From positions 2,408-66,407 of the forward strand of contig CANIBL010000004.1 of assembly GCA_947466225.1 (NCBI GenBank): 64,000 nt of DNA, read 5' to 3'. The stretch comes from Deltaproteobacteria bacterium. Its GTDB lineage: Bacteria > Bdellovibrionota_B > Oligoflexia > Oligoflexales > Bog-1112. Shown here piece by piece: positions 17,422 to 27,676 of this stretch. Below the pieces are notes generated by a model. It did no database searches. It worked only from the letters and a program-made list of their open reading frames with translations, and was not told where the DNA came from. Within the stretch, counting starts at the first letter, position 1, and each line of letters starts with the position of its first letter. Made by a program: the position numbers and the translations under genes.

Positions 17422-19251
17422 TTATTCTGCGCCTTGCAGAAGTCGACATTCTTCTCGTTGCATTGGATATTCTTGCCAAAGCAACAAGAAGGCACCCACA
17501 AGGTAGTCCTGTAGCCATGTAGGATCTTGGCTTATCTCAGAAAATACTACCGCTTCACTCTGGCGAGTAATCTCTATATCAAGTTTACTTTCGAGCTTTT
17601 TTCTCCACGCTTGTGCCGAGATCCCAGCATCTTGCTCCTTTTTAAAGCGTTGTAGTGTCCCTTCAATAAAAGAATACGTTGTTTGCGGTGTTGAAAATAG
17701 CGCTATCGCTGTAGATATATTTGGGATGTTCAGTATATAAGACTGGAATAGTTTGGTGTGATGCGCTGCTATAAAGACCTGCAGGGCGTGAGAATCCCAT
17801 GTGAGGTTTTCTGATATCAGTGGGAGTATATTCCATGCGATTTGCAATGCCATCATTTCTATATTCGGTATTGTGTCATCCGATTCTACCTCTGATAGAA
17901 CAGGAGAAGGAGTACCTTTAACCAAGGTCATGATTTTAAATGTTCCAGCGGTTTGTGTATAAAATGCACCAAAGGAGTTTATGCCTTTCGTTCCTGTAAA
18001 TGCCGCAAATGGCATGATGGCCCATTGAGGGCGACAAGTGGCTGTAAGTCCAAGAGATTTTGCTAATTCTCTCATCAAGGGTTTACAAGCGGGCACAGAA
18101 ATATCTACCGCAGGAGCCGGGATGTTAAAGTTGGCGTCGCTCAGATTCAAAGCGCCATTATGTCCCGTTTTCCAATTTAAAAAGCGAGCATCAAACGGGA
18201 GATATGAACGCCAATAATCACTGAATAATACGGTGGCGTCATCCTGTAAGACAGAGTGAACGTTGTGAAGTAGTACCTCTTGATCCGGGGACACCAGGAC
18301 TTGACACTGTTGTTTGATATGCTTGGCTAAAAAAGTTTGATGCCGTTTTGTCCATTCTTTCAAGTTTGGATAAAAATCCAGTGGCATTTGGTACGACTGA
18401 TGGGTGGAAATGCCTGGCGTTCTTACTGGAACGGGGATGAGATTTTTTTCTGTTAGTGCCTGTACTGTTATTTCCAACCGGCTGCGAGAAAAAGCATAGC
18501 TGGGATCTGTAGAGTCGAGCGCCTGTTGCATTTCTTGAATCCATTTCCTGGATTCTTGTTGGATGCTGTGTGATACCTTGCTCAATGGTGCACATTCAAG
18601 TTCTACACAGACGTAGTAATGGCCTTCATTGCAAACCATTACAATATGATTTAACTGATCCAAAATTTCATGCCCCGCTACGAAGTGATATTTGCGCTCT
18701 AGGCAAGAAAAAGCCGCAGCGTCCGTTACATTTCCTTGTAACGCCCTGAAATGACTGCGTTCGTAGCTATGGCAGGTTGCCGCAATATCCAGTTTTTTGT
18801 TTTGAGAGGTTACAAAGCTCTCGGATAAATCCATAGTATCTGCATGCCAACTGGCTTTAAATGCCGCCCAGTCTGCATTTTTTTCTGCTTTTGCTGTGAT
18901 GGTTCTCATCATATTGGAGAGCAAGTCCAACTTTCCTGGTGCTAACTCCAAATAGAAATAGGGCGATGGCCGATCTCTCTTTTGCCAATCTAGAAAGAGA
19001 ACTAGTGCCATTTGTGAGGCAAATTCTGGATATTGAGAAAAGGTGGCGTATGTGCTAAGAGAAAAAATTTCGTGGGGATTCCCAGCATATACAGCAGCTG
19101 TGCTCTTCTCCATAAATTCTGAAAAATCGATAAAATAGTTTCGCACAGTAGAAAAGCGATCTTTTGGTTCTTCCATTTTATGGGCTGAAATTGCAGGTAG
19201 GGTTTGCAACAGACATAGCCATAGGGCTGTCAATATTGGTAGAGATCGCAT
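17422..19251 (-). CDS. Exported MidA/NDUFAF7-like SAM-dependent methyltransferase (divergent)
   Basis: Signal peptide MRSLPILTALWLCLLQTLPAISA. DFSEFME, YLELAPG, VAGHEILDQL, FSDYW and VDIS follow the MidA motif order. Confidence 0.55.
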   Translation of the reverse strand: MRSLPILTALWLCLLQTLPAISAHKMEEPKDRFSTVRNYFIDFSEFMEKSTAAVYAGNPHEIFSLSTYATFSQYPEFASQMALVLFLDWQKRDRPSPYFYLELAPGKLDLLSNMMRTITAKAEKNADWAAFKASWHADTMDLSESFVTSQNKKLDIAATCHSYERSHFRALQGNVTDAAAFSCLERKYHFVAGHEILDQLNHIVMVCNEGHYYVCVELECAPLSKVSHSIQQESRKWIQEMQQALDSTDPSYAFSRSRLEITVQALTEKNLIPVPVRTPGISTHQSYQMPLDFYPNLKEWTKRHQTFLAKHIKQQCQVLVSPDQEVLLHNVHSVLQDDATVLFSDYWRSYLPFDARFLNWKTGHNGALNLSDANFNIPAPAVDISVPACKPLMRELAKSLGLTATCRPQWAIMPFAAFTGTKGINSFGAFYTQTAGTFKIMTLVKGTPSPVLSEVESDDTIPNIEMMALQIAWNILPLISENLTWDSHALQVFIAAHHTKLFQSYILNIPNISTAIALFSTPQTTYSFIEGTLQRFKKEQDAGISAQAWRKKLESKLDIEITRQSEAVVFSEISQDPTWLQDYLVGAFLLLWQEYPMQREECRLLQGAE

Positions 19252-19276
19252 TTTTTTCCTTCGATTGCTGTTTACT

Positions 19277-19363
19277 CCGTCATGCCCAGGCCGAAGGCCG
19301 TATGGGCATCTCCCATAATCGAGGGGGATCCCCGACGCGACCATCGGTCGCCGGGGATGACGG
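19277..19363. repeat. Inverted pair of CGTC-tagged REP-like palindromes (REPIN/BIME-like)
   Basis: CCGTCATGCCCAGGCCGAAGGCCGTATGGGCATCTCCC followed by GGGGATCCCCGACGCGACCATCGGTCGCCGGGGATGACGG. Confidence 0.8.
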
Positions 19364-19450
19364 AAAATTTCCTTCGTTCCGAGTGGAACCTACGCGGCTG
19401 GTTCCGAAAAAGAAACCAGACATATACAAATAAAAAAGAGAGAAAGACAA

Positions 19451-20446
19451 TCAATATGTCTCAGCACCCCATAAATACTTTCCTTTCCGGTGAAAAGGCA
19501 GCACAGAATCCAGGGATTTTTCCCCGAGTAACAAGGTCAACCAGCGGTCAACCCCCAGGGCATTGCCACAGCAGGAAGGGATACCAGATTCTAAAGCGGT
19601 AAAAAACTCAGGGTCGTCTCCTAAGATTTCTTTGCCCAGGATCTTGCGTTGTCGGTTGATCTCGGAAAACCGGGTGCGATTTTCTTGTGCATCGGTGAGC
19701 TCAAAAAATCCATTACACAATTCCACACCGGAAACATAGAGCTCAAACCGTTTGGCAGCGGTACCTTCAACTTGGGCCAATGCGGCTTGAGAGGGTGGGT
19801 AATCGTAGAGTACCACGCGCTCCATGGCTGCAAATTTGGGTTCAATTCTCTCCAAGAGAACTTTGAAAAAAGCGGTTTCGAAATCATCTCCCGGTTGAAT
19901 GGATATGATCCCTTGAGCCTTGGCTTTGGCGCCCAAATCTGGATCTTGGTCGATCAACTCAAGGCCTGCGAGTTGGGAAAACGCTTCTTCGAGTGTAAGC
20001 CAGGTGAACGCTTTCTTTGATTCTGCCCAAGGAGATACCATCTGCTCTGCGGTGTAGGTGAGCAGATCGATGGTTTCTTCGATCAACCCCCGAAAGGGCA
20101 AACCCTTTTGGTACCACTCCAACATCATGAATTCGGGGTGATGCCACGGACTGCATTCTCCTCCGTTGCGAAAGCATTTTGCCAGTTCAAACACCCGATC
20201 GATATCAGGCACAGCCAGTAGCTTCTTGATATGAAGCTCTGGGCTGGACCGTAACCAAGCTGGGTGTTGACGGTTGTGGTAGTCTTTCCACTGGGTGGAA
20301 AAGTACTCGAGATGGACTTCGGCCCCAGGGCAGGGGACTACCACCGGGGTTTCGACCTCGAGGTATCCACGATTGTGAAAAAAGGTGCGAATGCACCGGT
20401 AGAGATCACGCCTTTTTTCGAGGCTTTTTCTTGTCTGCGACAACAT
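19451..20446 (-). CDS. epmA: EF-P lysine aminoacylase GenX/EpmA
   Basis: LEVETP, LRSSPELHIKKLL, CFRNGG..HHPEFMMLEWY, RFELY, ELCNGF, GNALGVDR; no anticodon-binding domain. Confidence 0.93.
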   Translation of the reverse strand: MLSQTRKSLEKRRDLYRCIRTFFHNRGYLEVETPVVVPCPGAEVHLEYFSTQWKDYHNRQHPAWLRSSPELHIKKLLAVPDIDRVFELAKCFRNGGECSPWHHPEFMMLEWYQKGLPFRGLIEETIDLLTYTAEQMVSPWAESKKAFTWLTLEEAFSQLAGLELIDQDPDLGAKAKAQGIISIQPGDDFETAFFKVLLERIEPKFAAMERVVLYDYPPSQAALAQVEGTAAKRFELYVSGVELCNGFFELTDAQENRTRFSEINRQRKILGKEILGDDPEFFTALESGIPSCCGNALGVDRWLTLLLGEKSLDSVLPFHRKGKYLWGAETY

Positions 20447-22934
20447 GCTGGACTTCCGTATGTTCTTTTACTTCTTCTTCGTGGATGGCTGCCAATTTCT
20501 TGCGAATTTTTTCCAGGGCAGAGTCGGGGGTAAATTTCCGATCTTGGACCGAGGTAGCACCAAATTCCACACCGGTGGCCAAATAGAAGGCTTGCCAGAA
20601 ATACTGTACAGGATGCACCACAAGGGATTTTTCTCGCACAGCGCGCCGGGTTTCTTCGTTTAGCATCAAGTTGGTGACATTCTGATGGGGCATAATCACA
20701 TGGTACGTTTTTTTGCGACCGATGCGCTTGCAGGTCTGAAAAAACCCTTCGATTTTTTCATTGATCCCACCTACGGGTTGTACATCCCCAAATTGGTTTA
20801 AGCTACCAGTCACCGCAATATTTTGTAGAATGGGGATCTCTGCGATAGCGCTGACGACTGCAATCAACTCTGCGATGGTGGCACTGTCTCCATCGACGGG
20901 TCCGTAAGATTGTTCAAAGCAAATGCTGGCTGAATAGGACAGGGCATATTTTTGCGCCAAGAGAGCTGTGAGAAATCCGGTGAGGATCAAAACCCCTTTA
21001 TCATGGATATTTCCGGATAACTTAGTGGCACGGTCGATATGAAACACACCTCCCTCTTGGATTCCGGACGTACAAGTAATACGACATACCTTCCCAAAGG
21101 AATGATCTCCCATATCATAGACGGTAAGACCATTGATTTGGCCGATGCGAGATCCTTCGACAGAAAGCAGCAAGTCTTTCGCTTGTACCATCTCCAGCAG
21201 GTGATCTTGGTAGAGACTGACACGGTCGAATTTGTGTTGCAGCGCAGATTCTACGTGGTGCCGCTTGATGGTCTTGCTGCGCTCTTGTTGGGCAATGAGG
21301 TTGGCTTCGATGGTGAGGTCTTTGAGCTCCCCAAATTGCGTAGATAACGCTTTTTGGTCTTCAACCAAGCGAGAACCGTATTCGATGATGGCGGCAACAC
21401 CGCTTCGTTCAAAGTGGAGCAAGCCTTCTTTGTGACTGCGTGTGGCAATAAAGGCAATATAGGAGGCGATGTTGTCCCGGTTGCGGGGCATTTTATAGTC
21501 GAAATCAGCTTTTACCTTAAAGATTTTGGCAAATTCTTCGTCCATATCATGGAGGAGGTGGTAGATTTCGTCGGTACCGATCAAGATTACTTTTACATCC
21601 AGAGGAATGGGCTCTGGGCGCAATCCGGATGTCGGCAGCATGGAGTATTGTTCTCCCATGTCTTCAATAAAGCCTTTTCGGTTGCGCAATACGCGCTTCA
21701 GGGTATCCCATACCGATGGCATCTTGAGTACATCAGAGGCTTCCAGTACCAGATAGCCTCCATTGGCATGGTGGATGGCGCCGGCTTTGATCATAGTGAA
21801 ATCTGTGAGGAACATGCCGTTCTCCACGTTTTTCTCTACCTTACCAAACATATTGTAATACGTAGGGTTGGATTCAATTACCACCGGTGCTTTGGTTTGG
21901 TTGCGATTGTCGATGAAGAGGTTGACTCGATATTTCTTACACTTATCCCGATCTTCATCGGAGATATTAAAGAGGGCGAAGGGACTGTCTTCCTCGCGAG
22001 AAGGTGACTCTTCCTCGATGAAATCAAGCAAGTTGTCGAGGATATGAGTGCCCACTTCTTGCAGATATTCTGAAATCGCTGCATGATGTTTATGCTTGTC
22101 TCGCAAGGGCCCCATGATGTCATCGATGACTTTTTTGCCGATCTCTCGTTGCAAATTGTTGACGAATTCTTTGGCGTCGGATTCCAATGAACGTACCGTA
22201 CGGGCAAACTTGAGTACGCGAGGCTCGACTTGAGCGCGCACTTTTTCCACCTTGGTGCGCTCTCGGTCTGCGAGCTTGTTGTACTCTTTTTCTGTGATGG
22301 GACGCCCATCGATGATGGGGATGGTTTCGATGCCAAATTTTGTGGACTTAATTTGGAAGCTAAGCTCACGGGCAAACTTTTCCAATTGGGCAAAATGTTT
22401 GGCTTGGGCGTCATTGGTTTGAGACAAATGCAAGTTTACCGCATTCTCATAGGCCTCGCTTTGTAAGGCTTTGGGAATGTCTTTGCGCAGTTCATGGATG
22501 CTTTTTTCCATGAGCTTTTTAAAGAAGAATCCTTCTCCCGGTGGCAGGGAAATGGCGCGGGGCATTTCCTTTTGCGTAAAATTATATACGTAGATCCAGT
22601 CATTGGGGGCACTGGACTGGAAGGACCAGCGCTCGAGAAAACTGCGGATCACGCTGTTTTTTCCCGTACCCTGATACCCTGCTACATAGATGTTGTAGCC
22701 CGGTTGTCGAATGCTGAGTCCCATGTCGATGGCACGCACTGCCCGCTTTTGCGAGATGATTTCGTGGGAAGGCGTGATTTCATGGGTTGAACGAAATGAC
22801 AATTTTAGATCGGAGCAAGCGTGGAACACTTGATCCACAGAGAGTGCTGGCAAGAGAGCCGGCCCTTTTCCTTTACCCGTGGCGGTTTTTTTCGCACGGG
22901 TAACAGGTGATTTTATCGGTTTTTTTGTCGTCAC
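20406..22934 (-). CDS. Lon-like ATP-dependent protease (LonB/LonC, AAA_32 plus S16 protease domain)
   Basis: Walker A GYQGTGK, AGAIHHANGGYL, DGDSAT (Ser), VGGINEKIEGF (Lys). Probable GTG start at 22934 after GAGG. Confidence 0.9.
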   Translation of the reverse strand: MTTKKPIKSPVTRAKKTATGKGKGPALLPALSVDQVFHACSDLKLSFRSTHEITPSHEIISQKRAVRAIDMGLSIRQPGYNIYVAGYQGTGKNSVIRSFLERWSFQSSAPNDWIYVYNFTQKEMPRAISLPPGEGFFFKKLMEKSIHELRKDIPKALQSEAYENAVNLHLSQTNDAQAKHFAQLEKFARELSFQIKSTKFGIETIPIIDGRPITEKEYNKLADRERTKVEKVRAQVEPRVLKFARTVRSLESDAKEFVNNLQREIGKKVIDDIMGPLRDKHKHHAAISEYLQEVGTHILDNLLDFIEEESPSREEDSPFALFNISDEDRDKCKKYRVNLFIDNRNQTKAPVVIESNPTYYNMFGKVEKNVENGMFLTDFTMIKAGAIHHANGGYLVLEASDVLKMPSVWDTLKRVLRNRKGFIEDMGEQYSMLPTSGLRPEPIPLDVKVILIGTDEIYHLLHDMDEEFAKIFKVKADFDYKMPRNRDNIASYIAFIATRSHKEGLLHFERSGVAAIIEYGSRLVEDQKALSTQFGELKDLTIEANLIAQQERSKTIKRHHVESALQHKFDRVSLYQDHLLEMVQAKDLLLSVEGSRIGQINGLTVYDMGDHSFGKVCRITCTSGIQEGGVFHIDRATKLSGNIHDKGVLILTGFLTALLAQKYALSYSASICFEQSYGPVDGDSATIAELIAVVSAIAEIPILQNIAVTGSLNQFGDVQPVGGINEKIEGFFQTCKRIGRKKTYHVIMPHQNVTNLMLNEETRRAVREKSLVVHPVQYFWQAFYLATGVEFGATSVQDRKFTPDSALEKIRKKLAAIHEEEVKEHTEVQHVVADKKKPRKKA

Positions 22935-23037
22935 AGACGGATACCTCGTGGGGGATGACAGGATAGCAGATGAAGTCGGCCGGGAACCGAACTGCATCTC
23001 ACATACAAACCAACTAGCAGGCTATATCTGTGGCGTT

Positions 23038-23736
23038 TTACAGAGGATACAGCCGATCCACAAGCTTTTTGTAGGTCTCCCATAGCTCAAAGCGAGCTGC
23101 GGGCTCCTCTATAACGGCAAGGATGTTACCGAGAAGGAGAGGGCCTCGACCGGTATTTTCTTGAAAGAAAAACTCTCCATATGCATCCACCAAATCCAAC
23201 GCGTCTTCTACTCCTTGCCGACTGTGGGTGCCCATGGCATATCCCACGGCTTTTTGCAGCAATTGGCCAAGCTCTTGAATATTGGTTTGGGCTTTGATAC
23301 CGCAACGAATGGCTTCGCTCAGGGTGGTAACGAGCAGCTCCACCGGCAAATCTTTTTCATATTGACCGGCTAAATAATGGAGAGAGCGATACGCGCCATG
23401 CCAATTTTTCGCGGATTGCATGTGCAGGGATTTCTCCATGCTGCGCTCAAAGCAGGCGGTGGCGTAGGCTCGACGCTGGGCCATCAGCCGTTCGCGTTCT
23501 TCCATGAGGGGGCGATTGGACAGGGATAACGCCTCTAGCACCCGTTGTGCCTCTTCACTGGTGATGCTCTGATTGAGCTCTACATCTTTTCCCAGTCCTT
23601 CGCTGAGATACTGGATGACATGGGGAATGGCCGTTGAGGTGGCCCGTGCAATCTCTTCCACGGTGAACGCGCTCTTTTCCGTTAATACGGGGAGTTGTTC
23701 ATGGAGATTGTAGATGAAATCAATCATTGGGCGCAC
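23038..23736 (-). CDS. Hypothetical protein, possible N-terminal helix-turn-helix
   Basis: 232-aa ORF with AGGGG RBS; FTVEEIARATSTAIPHVIQYL is HTH-like. Confidence 0.7.
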   Translation of the reverse strand: MRPMIDFIYNLHEQLPVLTEKSAFTVEEIARATSTAIPHVIQYLSEGLGKDVELNQSITSEEAQRVLEALSLSNRPLMEERERLMAQRRAYATACFERSMEKSLHMQSAKNWHGAYRSLHYLAGQYEKDLPVELLVTTLSEAIRCGIKAQTNIQELGQLLQKAVGYAMGTHSRQGVEDALDLVDAYGEFFFQENTGRGPLLLGNILAVIEEPAARFELWETYKKLVDRLYPL

Positions 23737-23932
23737 CCCCTGCGGTTGTGAATGGTCAAATCTGCAACTATTTAATGGAAATATGAAACTTCAACCGATT
23801 TTACATGGCCACGCCGCGGAATTCTAGAACTCTGAATGGCTATGTGGGGGCGCGAGTCAACAGACCGATGGCATGAAAATTGAGAATTTAGAATAATGGG
23901 ATGATTTTTTGTAGAAATTTGGGCGGGTACAA

Positions 23933-23957
23933 GGGGCCCCCCATAAAGGGGAGCCCC
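23933..23957 (-). terminator. GC-rich hairpin, probable terminator of the small basic ORF
   Basis: GGGGCTCCCC-TTTAT-GGGGGGCCCC on the minus strand, 11 nt after the stop at 23969. Confidence 0.6.
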
Positions 23958-23968
23958 AGAACCAGAGA

Positions 23969-24076
23969 TTAGTTTCCAGTCCGCAACGTTCTGCGCTTGC
24001 GCATCATACGTCGTTTCTTTTGACCAATCTTCCGTCTGCCCTTGGGATGCTTTCTGCGGTGTCGAGAGCCGTGCAC
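23969..24076 (-). CDS. 35-aa Arg/Lys-rich small protein MHGSRHRRKHPKGRRKIGQKKRRMMRKRRTLRTGN
   Basis: GGAGA RBS 6 nt before GTG 24076; intergenic position; downstream hairpin. Confidence 0.7.
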   Translation of the reverse strand: MHGSRHRRKHPKGRRKIGQKKRRMMRKRRTLRTGN

Positions 24077-24233
24077 GTGAATTCTCCAAAATCTAAAGGC
24101 GGTTACATAAAAAATTCCAAAATAGGAGGGTATTCTACGCGGGGTGACAGGAAAAAGCAAACGAAAGCAGCGTTGTGCTTTAGAAAAACCCAAATCTGCC
24201 GATCCCTCCTGGAGAAACAAAAGGAGATCCGCA

Positions 24234-24734
24234 ATGGGTGCCATGCATACGAAACATAAGAAAAAACGCAGTTTACGTAGCCTCTTGATTGAGCCTTTTC
24301 AGCAAATGAAGTTTGGACTGTACATGCTGGCGGTGTTTGTCCTATTTGTTTGTATCACCGGTTTTTTAATTTTTAAGACGTTCTTGGAGCAATATCGCAA
24401 TGTGATGGAGGTCTTTCACGTTGTGGATCCTCAGCAGCAGTGGGAGCTGGTAACCAACAATGTGTTTTATACCAATGCCTTGATGTTAGGGGGCTTTTTT
24501 CTGATCTCTCTCGTGGCCATTTTGGTGATTGTCATCCGGTTGACCCATCGCTATTATGGCCCCATCGTTGCCATTGAACGCTTTGTGGACGCTCTGATTC
24601 GGGGCAACTATGAGGCCAAAGTGGTGCTACGAAATAAAGATGAACTGCAAGAGTTGGCAGCCAAATTGAATGAGTTGGCGGTGGCCTTGCGTCAGAGACA
24701 CCCTCATAGCGTAGAGGGAGACCCAAGAAAGTAG
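24234..24734 (+). CDS. Two-TM HAMP-domain membrane protein
   Basis: AGGAG RBS; two TM helices, then THRYYGPIVAIERF..LRNKDELQELAAKLN. Confidence 0.8.
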   Translation: MGAMHTKHKKKRSLRSLLIEPFQQMKFGLYMLAVFVLFVCITGFLIFKTFLEQYRNVMEVFHVVDPQQQWELVTNNVFYTNALMLGGFFLISLVAILVIVIRLTHRYYGPIVAIERFVDALIRGNYEAKVVLRNKDELQELAAKLNELAVALRQRHPHSVEGDPRK

Positions 24735-24737
24735 ACT

Positions 24738-25817
24738 GTGAATTTCTTCTCCTGTACCCGTGCTGAGTTAGCCCTTCTTCTCCAGCAGGCTGACATCCCC
24801 TCGATACATTGCGAAGCCCTTTATAAGAATGCCTATCGGCATGGCGTACTTTCTACGCCGTGGAGCGGACCGCATTCGACGTCGAAAGATCTCGACGCGT
24901 TTTTTTCTGCGCCTTCTCCCTCTGGCGACGCTTGGAGCTTTGCGTTGCCAGTATTTGAGTCTCCCTTGGAATCTACCGAGGATTATGCCCTGAAGTTTGG
25001 CGTACGGTTGGCAGACGGACTTTTGGTGGAGTCGGTACTGATGCCGGAGAAAACCCGTCTTACGTTATGCGTATCGACCCAGGCGGGTTGTCGGCAGGCC
25101 TGTTCTTTTTGCCATACGGGGCGAATGGGCTTTACGCGAAATCTATCTGCAGCGGAAATTGTAGGGCAGGTGCTACAAGCCGAGCGTTGGGCTGCGGAGC
25201 ATCCAGAGTGGCTCCTGCGAGCTGGGTTGCCGGTAACGCAACGGGTGACCAACCTGGTCTTTATGGGGATGGGAGAGCCTCTGGATAACTTGGAGGCTTT
25301 GCGGTCGGTGCTCGAGATTGTGCTAGACCCCTTTGGGCTCCAGCTAGCGCCTCGAAAAGTGACGGTTTCTACTGCAGGGCACTTGGAGGGGTTACGGGAA
25401 TTTGTAGACTGGAAGACTGGCGTGCAGATTGCACTAAGCTTGCATGCGGTGGATCCAGCGTTACGCCGCAAGATTATGCCCATTGAAGGGCGTTTTCCCG
25501 TGGCACAGGTGCTGGCATTTTTTAAAGAGGGACTTGCATCTGGGATGCTTAAACCTCCGCTGGTACAGTATACAATGATTGCAGGGGTTAATGATGGACT
25601 TGAGATTGCCCATCAATTGGTCGCGTTGGTACGAGAGGTAAAGCCCAAGGTGAACCTCATCCCCTTCAATGCGTTTCCCGGTAGTGCTTTTCGAGCGCCT
25701 ACACGGGAACAGCTCTTTGCGTTTCAAGCGATTTTAAAAGAAGCGGGGATTCCCACTTCGACCCGATTTAGCAAGGGCAAAGATATTCAAGGGGCTTGTG
25801 GGCAATTGCATATTTAG
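24738..25817 (+). CDS. rlmN: 23S rRNA m2A2503 radical-SAM methyltransferase RlmN
   Basis: CVSTQAGCRQACSFCHTG, FMGMGEPLDN, SLHA, VNLIPFN, GACGQL. Confidence 0.93.
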   Translation: MNFFSCTRAELALLLQQADIPSIHCEALYKNAYRHGVLSTPWSGPHSTSKDLDAFFSAPSPSGDAWSFALPVFESPLESTEDYALKFGVRLADGLLVESVLMPEKTRLTLCVSTQAGCRQACSFCHTGRMGFTRNLSAAEIVGQVLQAERWAAEHPEWLLRAGLPVTQRVTNLVFMGMGEPLDNLEALRSVLEIVLDPFGLQLAPRKVTVSTAGHLEGLREFVDWKTGVQIALSLHAVDPALRRKIMPIEGRFPVAQVLAFFKEGLASGMLKPPLVQYTMIAGVNDGLEIAHQLVALVREVKPKVNLIPFNAFPGSAFRAPTREQLFAFQAILKEAGIPTSTRFSKGKDIQGACGQLHI

Positions 25818-25822
25818 GTTTT

Positions 25823-25860
25823 TGCGGGAACCAGCTGCGCAGTTTCCGCACCTCCTTGCA
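25823..25860. repeat. Solo copy of the family-B terminal hairpin
   Basis: GGGAACCAGCTGCGCAGTTTCC...CCTCCTTGC matches the ends of the elements at 46471 and 53274; lies between convergent genes. Confidence 0.75.
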
Positions 25861-25873
25861 GGGGAGGGGGAAG

Positions 25874-27658
25874 CTACTGCATCCACTGATCCAAGAAAGC
25901 CTCTGGGGAAAGCCCTTTTATTGTGGTGTGGTTCCAGAAGGCCTCATCATTGTGATAGATGCCAGCATCCACGTCATCCGTACTTTTTGTAAGCGCAGGT
26001 GTTACTGCAATCCCAGGCAAAGCAGCAAAGAATGCGAATTCAGGTGGTAAGATCGCTCCAGCTTTTTGTTTGGCTTGTAAGTCTTCTCTGATTTTGTCTG
26101 TTTCAGCGAAGGTATATAAGGCGCCATCTACTTGTGTGCTGGGAATGATTTTGTCTTGCTTGCTGTGTAGAAGTAGCAGTTTCCCTTGTCCCATTTTGGT
26201 TGGGTCAAATCCGGCTACCAATAAATCGTTCCAGTTCAGCAGTCCTACATAGAGGTAGCGGTACAAAAAGTGCATATCCCGTCGGAAGATCAACAACGCA
26301 ACATCATCCAGTTCTTTTTGATCATTATCACTCTTTGCTTCTGTGTACAGCGCAAAGTCAGGTAGCATGTGTCGAACCCCAGGTAAATCGGCTTTGAGCG
26401 GGTTGTGAATTTTTTTCACAATTTGTTCCACCAAAACCCGAAAGCTACTCGCCATCAAGCTAAAGGGACCTGCGTTATCTACAAGTGAGCTGAACATCGG
26501 GGGATATTGCAAAATAGTCTTACTGTAGGTAGGGCAATTTTCGCTAGTAAATAGTTTTTTAGCGCCCACATTCACTGCTTTAAGCAACTCACTTTCTGGC
26601 TGTGTCAGCTTAGCCTCCAAGAACATGGGATAGTATGCTTCCCATTCAATACCGGCCCATGCGGCAACTAAAAAACCGACCAAGGCGCCACGAGAGGTCC
26701 CGAAAATATGGGAAAGAGGGGCTTGGAGCATGGCATTGACCGAGCGAAGATTTTTTGCTGTAGAAGGTGCAATCATTGCAACCTGAAGCCCTCGACTTTG
26801 GAGTTCCGTACGAAGCAGTGTTTCTTGCGTGTCAAAAGAAGCAGGAGCCCCTGTTTCTGGATTCATGCGGCTTTCTGGTGTTGAAACCGCTTCCACTACG
26901 CAGTTATGCGCTGCCATGGAGCTATAGACATCTTCTTCCCATGGCTTATCTTGCTGAGGTTGCGTCGGCTTTACGAGATGGTTCTCGATTCCACATCGAG
27001 TGACTCCGGCTACGGCTTCACAAATCCCCATGTTGTAGTCTGGGGCAATTACGATGTGTTTCGCAAGCATAGGCGCTGTGAAATCAGTAATTGTCTTTTC
27101 CTGCGGCATCAATCCTGTATCCCCGCCTACCAAGTGGAGAAGGAGGGGTAGAGGTTGTGTGCTGCTTTGAGGCAAAAGTACAAGGGCATTGCGATCTACC
27201 GTGGTGTTTTGATCCCGGTAGACCATGTGGAATACGTCAGACTCATGGAGTTTCATCTCCACTTTGGCCGCATCTTGAAGCCGAGTAAAGGATTGGATAC
27301 CTCCACAGCGCATTCTTCCGCGATTCTTGGTCAGATCATCCTTCAAACCCTTTAAAAGCTTATCATACTGTGCATTACCCGGTTCTAGGAGCTTAGAGGG
27401 CTGGGAAATGATGGAGATTAGCTCTTTTTGGCTCTTCACGCCTTTGGCTTCAAATCCGAGGGCACCCAGTAAACGCACCCATTTGTCTTCCAATCGGAGC
27501 TCTTCTGTTTCATCATAATGCGGTGTTTTGGTTGCATCCGATGCTTTGCTTTGATGCCCAATAACTTTGCTCTTGAGAGAGCGATAGTTCCCGCAAGCGC
27601 CGCTGAACAAACTTAGAGCCAATACAGTATATAAAGAACGGTTCATGGTAATTCTCAT
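25874..27658 (-). CDS. Lipoprotein with alpha/beta-hydrolase fold
   Basis: Lipobox LFSGAC; PLLLHLVGG, IAPDY, GTSRG nucleophile elbow, LLLHSKQDKIIP, late His (IYHN). Confidence 0.65.
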   Translation of the reverse strand: MRITMNRSLYTVLALSLFSGACGNYRSLKSKVIGHQSKASDATKTPHYDETEELRLEDKWVRLLGALGFEAKGVKSQKELISIISQPSKLLEPGNAQYDKLLKGLKDDLTKNRGRMRCGGIQSFTRLQDAAKVEMKLHESDVFHMVYRDQNTTVDRNALVLLPQSSTQPLPLLLHLVGGDTGLMPQEKTITDFTAPMLAKHIVIAPDYNMGICEAVAGVTRCGIENHLVKPTQPQQDKPWEEDVYSSMAAHNCVVEAVSTPESRMNPETGAPASFDTQETLLRTELQSRGLQVAMIAPSTAKNLRSVNAMLQAPLSHIFGTSRGALVGFLVAAWAGIEWEAYYPMFLEAKLTQPESELLKAVNVGAKKLFTSENCPTYSKTILQYPPMFSSLVDNAGPFSLMASSFRVLVEQIVKKIHNPLKADLPGVRHMLPDFALYTEAKSDNDQKELDDVALLIFRRDMHFLYRYLYVGLLNWNDLLVAGFDPTKMGQGKLLLLHSKQDKIIPSTQVDGALYTFAETDKIREDLQAKQKAGAILPPEFAFFAALPGIAVTPALTKSTDDVDAGIYHNDEAFWNHTTIKGLSPEAFLDQWMQ

Positions 27659-27676
27659 GGTAAATCCCTTTCTTGC

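Noticed and set aside
19252-19344. N-terminal extension of the MidA-like ORF to 19344
   Set aside because: The extension is translated REP sequence; ATG 19251 has an RBS and begins a signal peptide.
23772-24089. 105-aa ORF overlapping the small basic ORF
   Set aside because: It runs through the terminator hairpin and its start overlaps the RBS; the 35-aa frame has the better signals.
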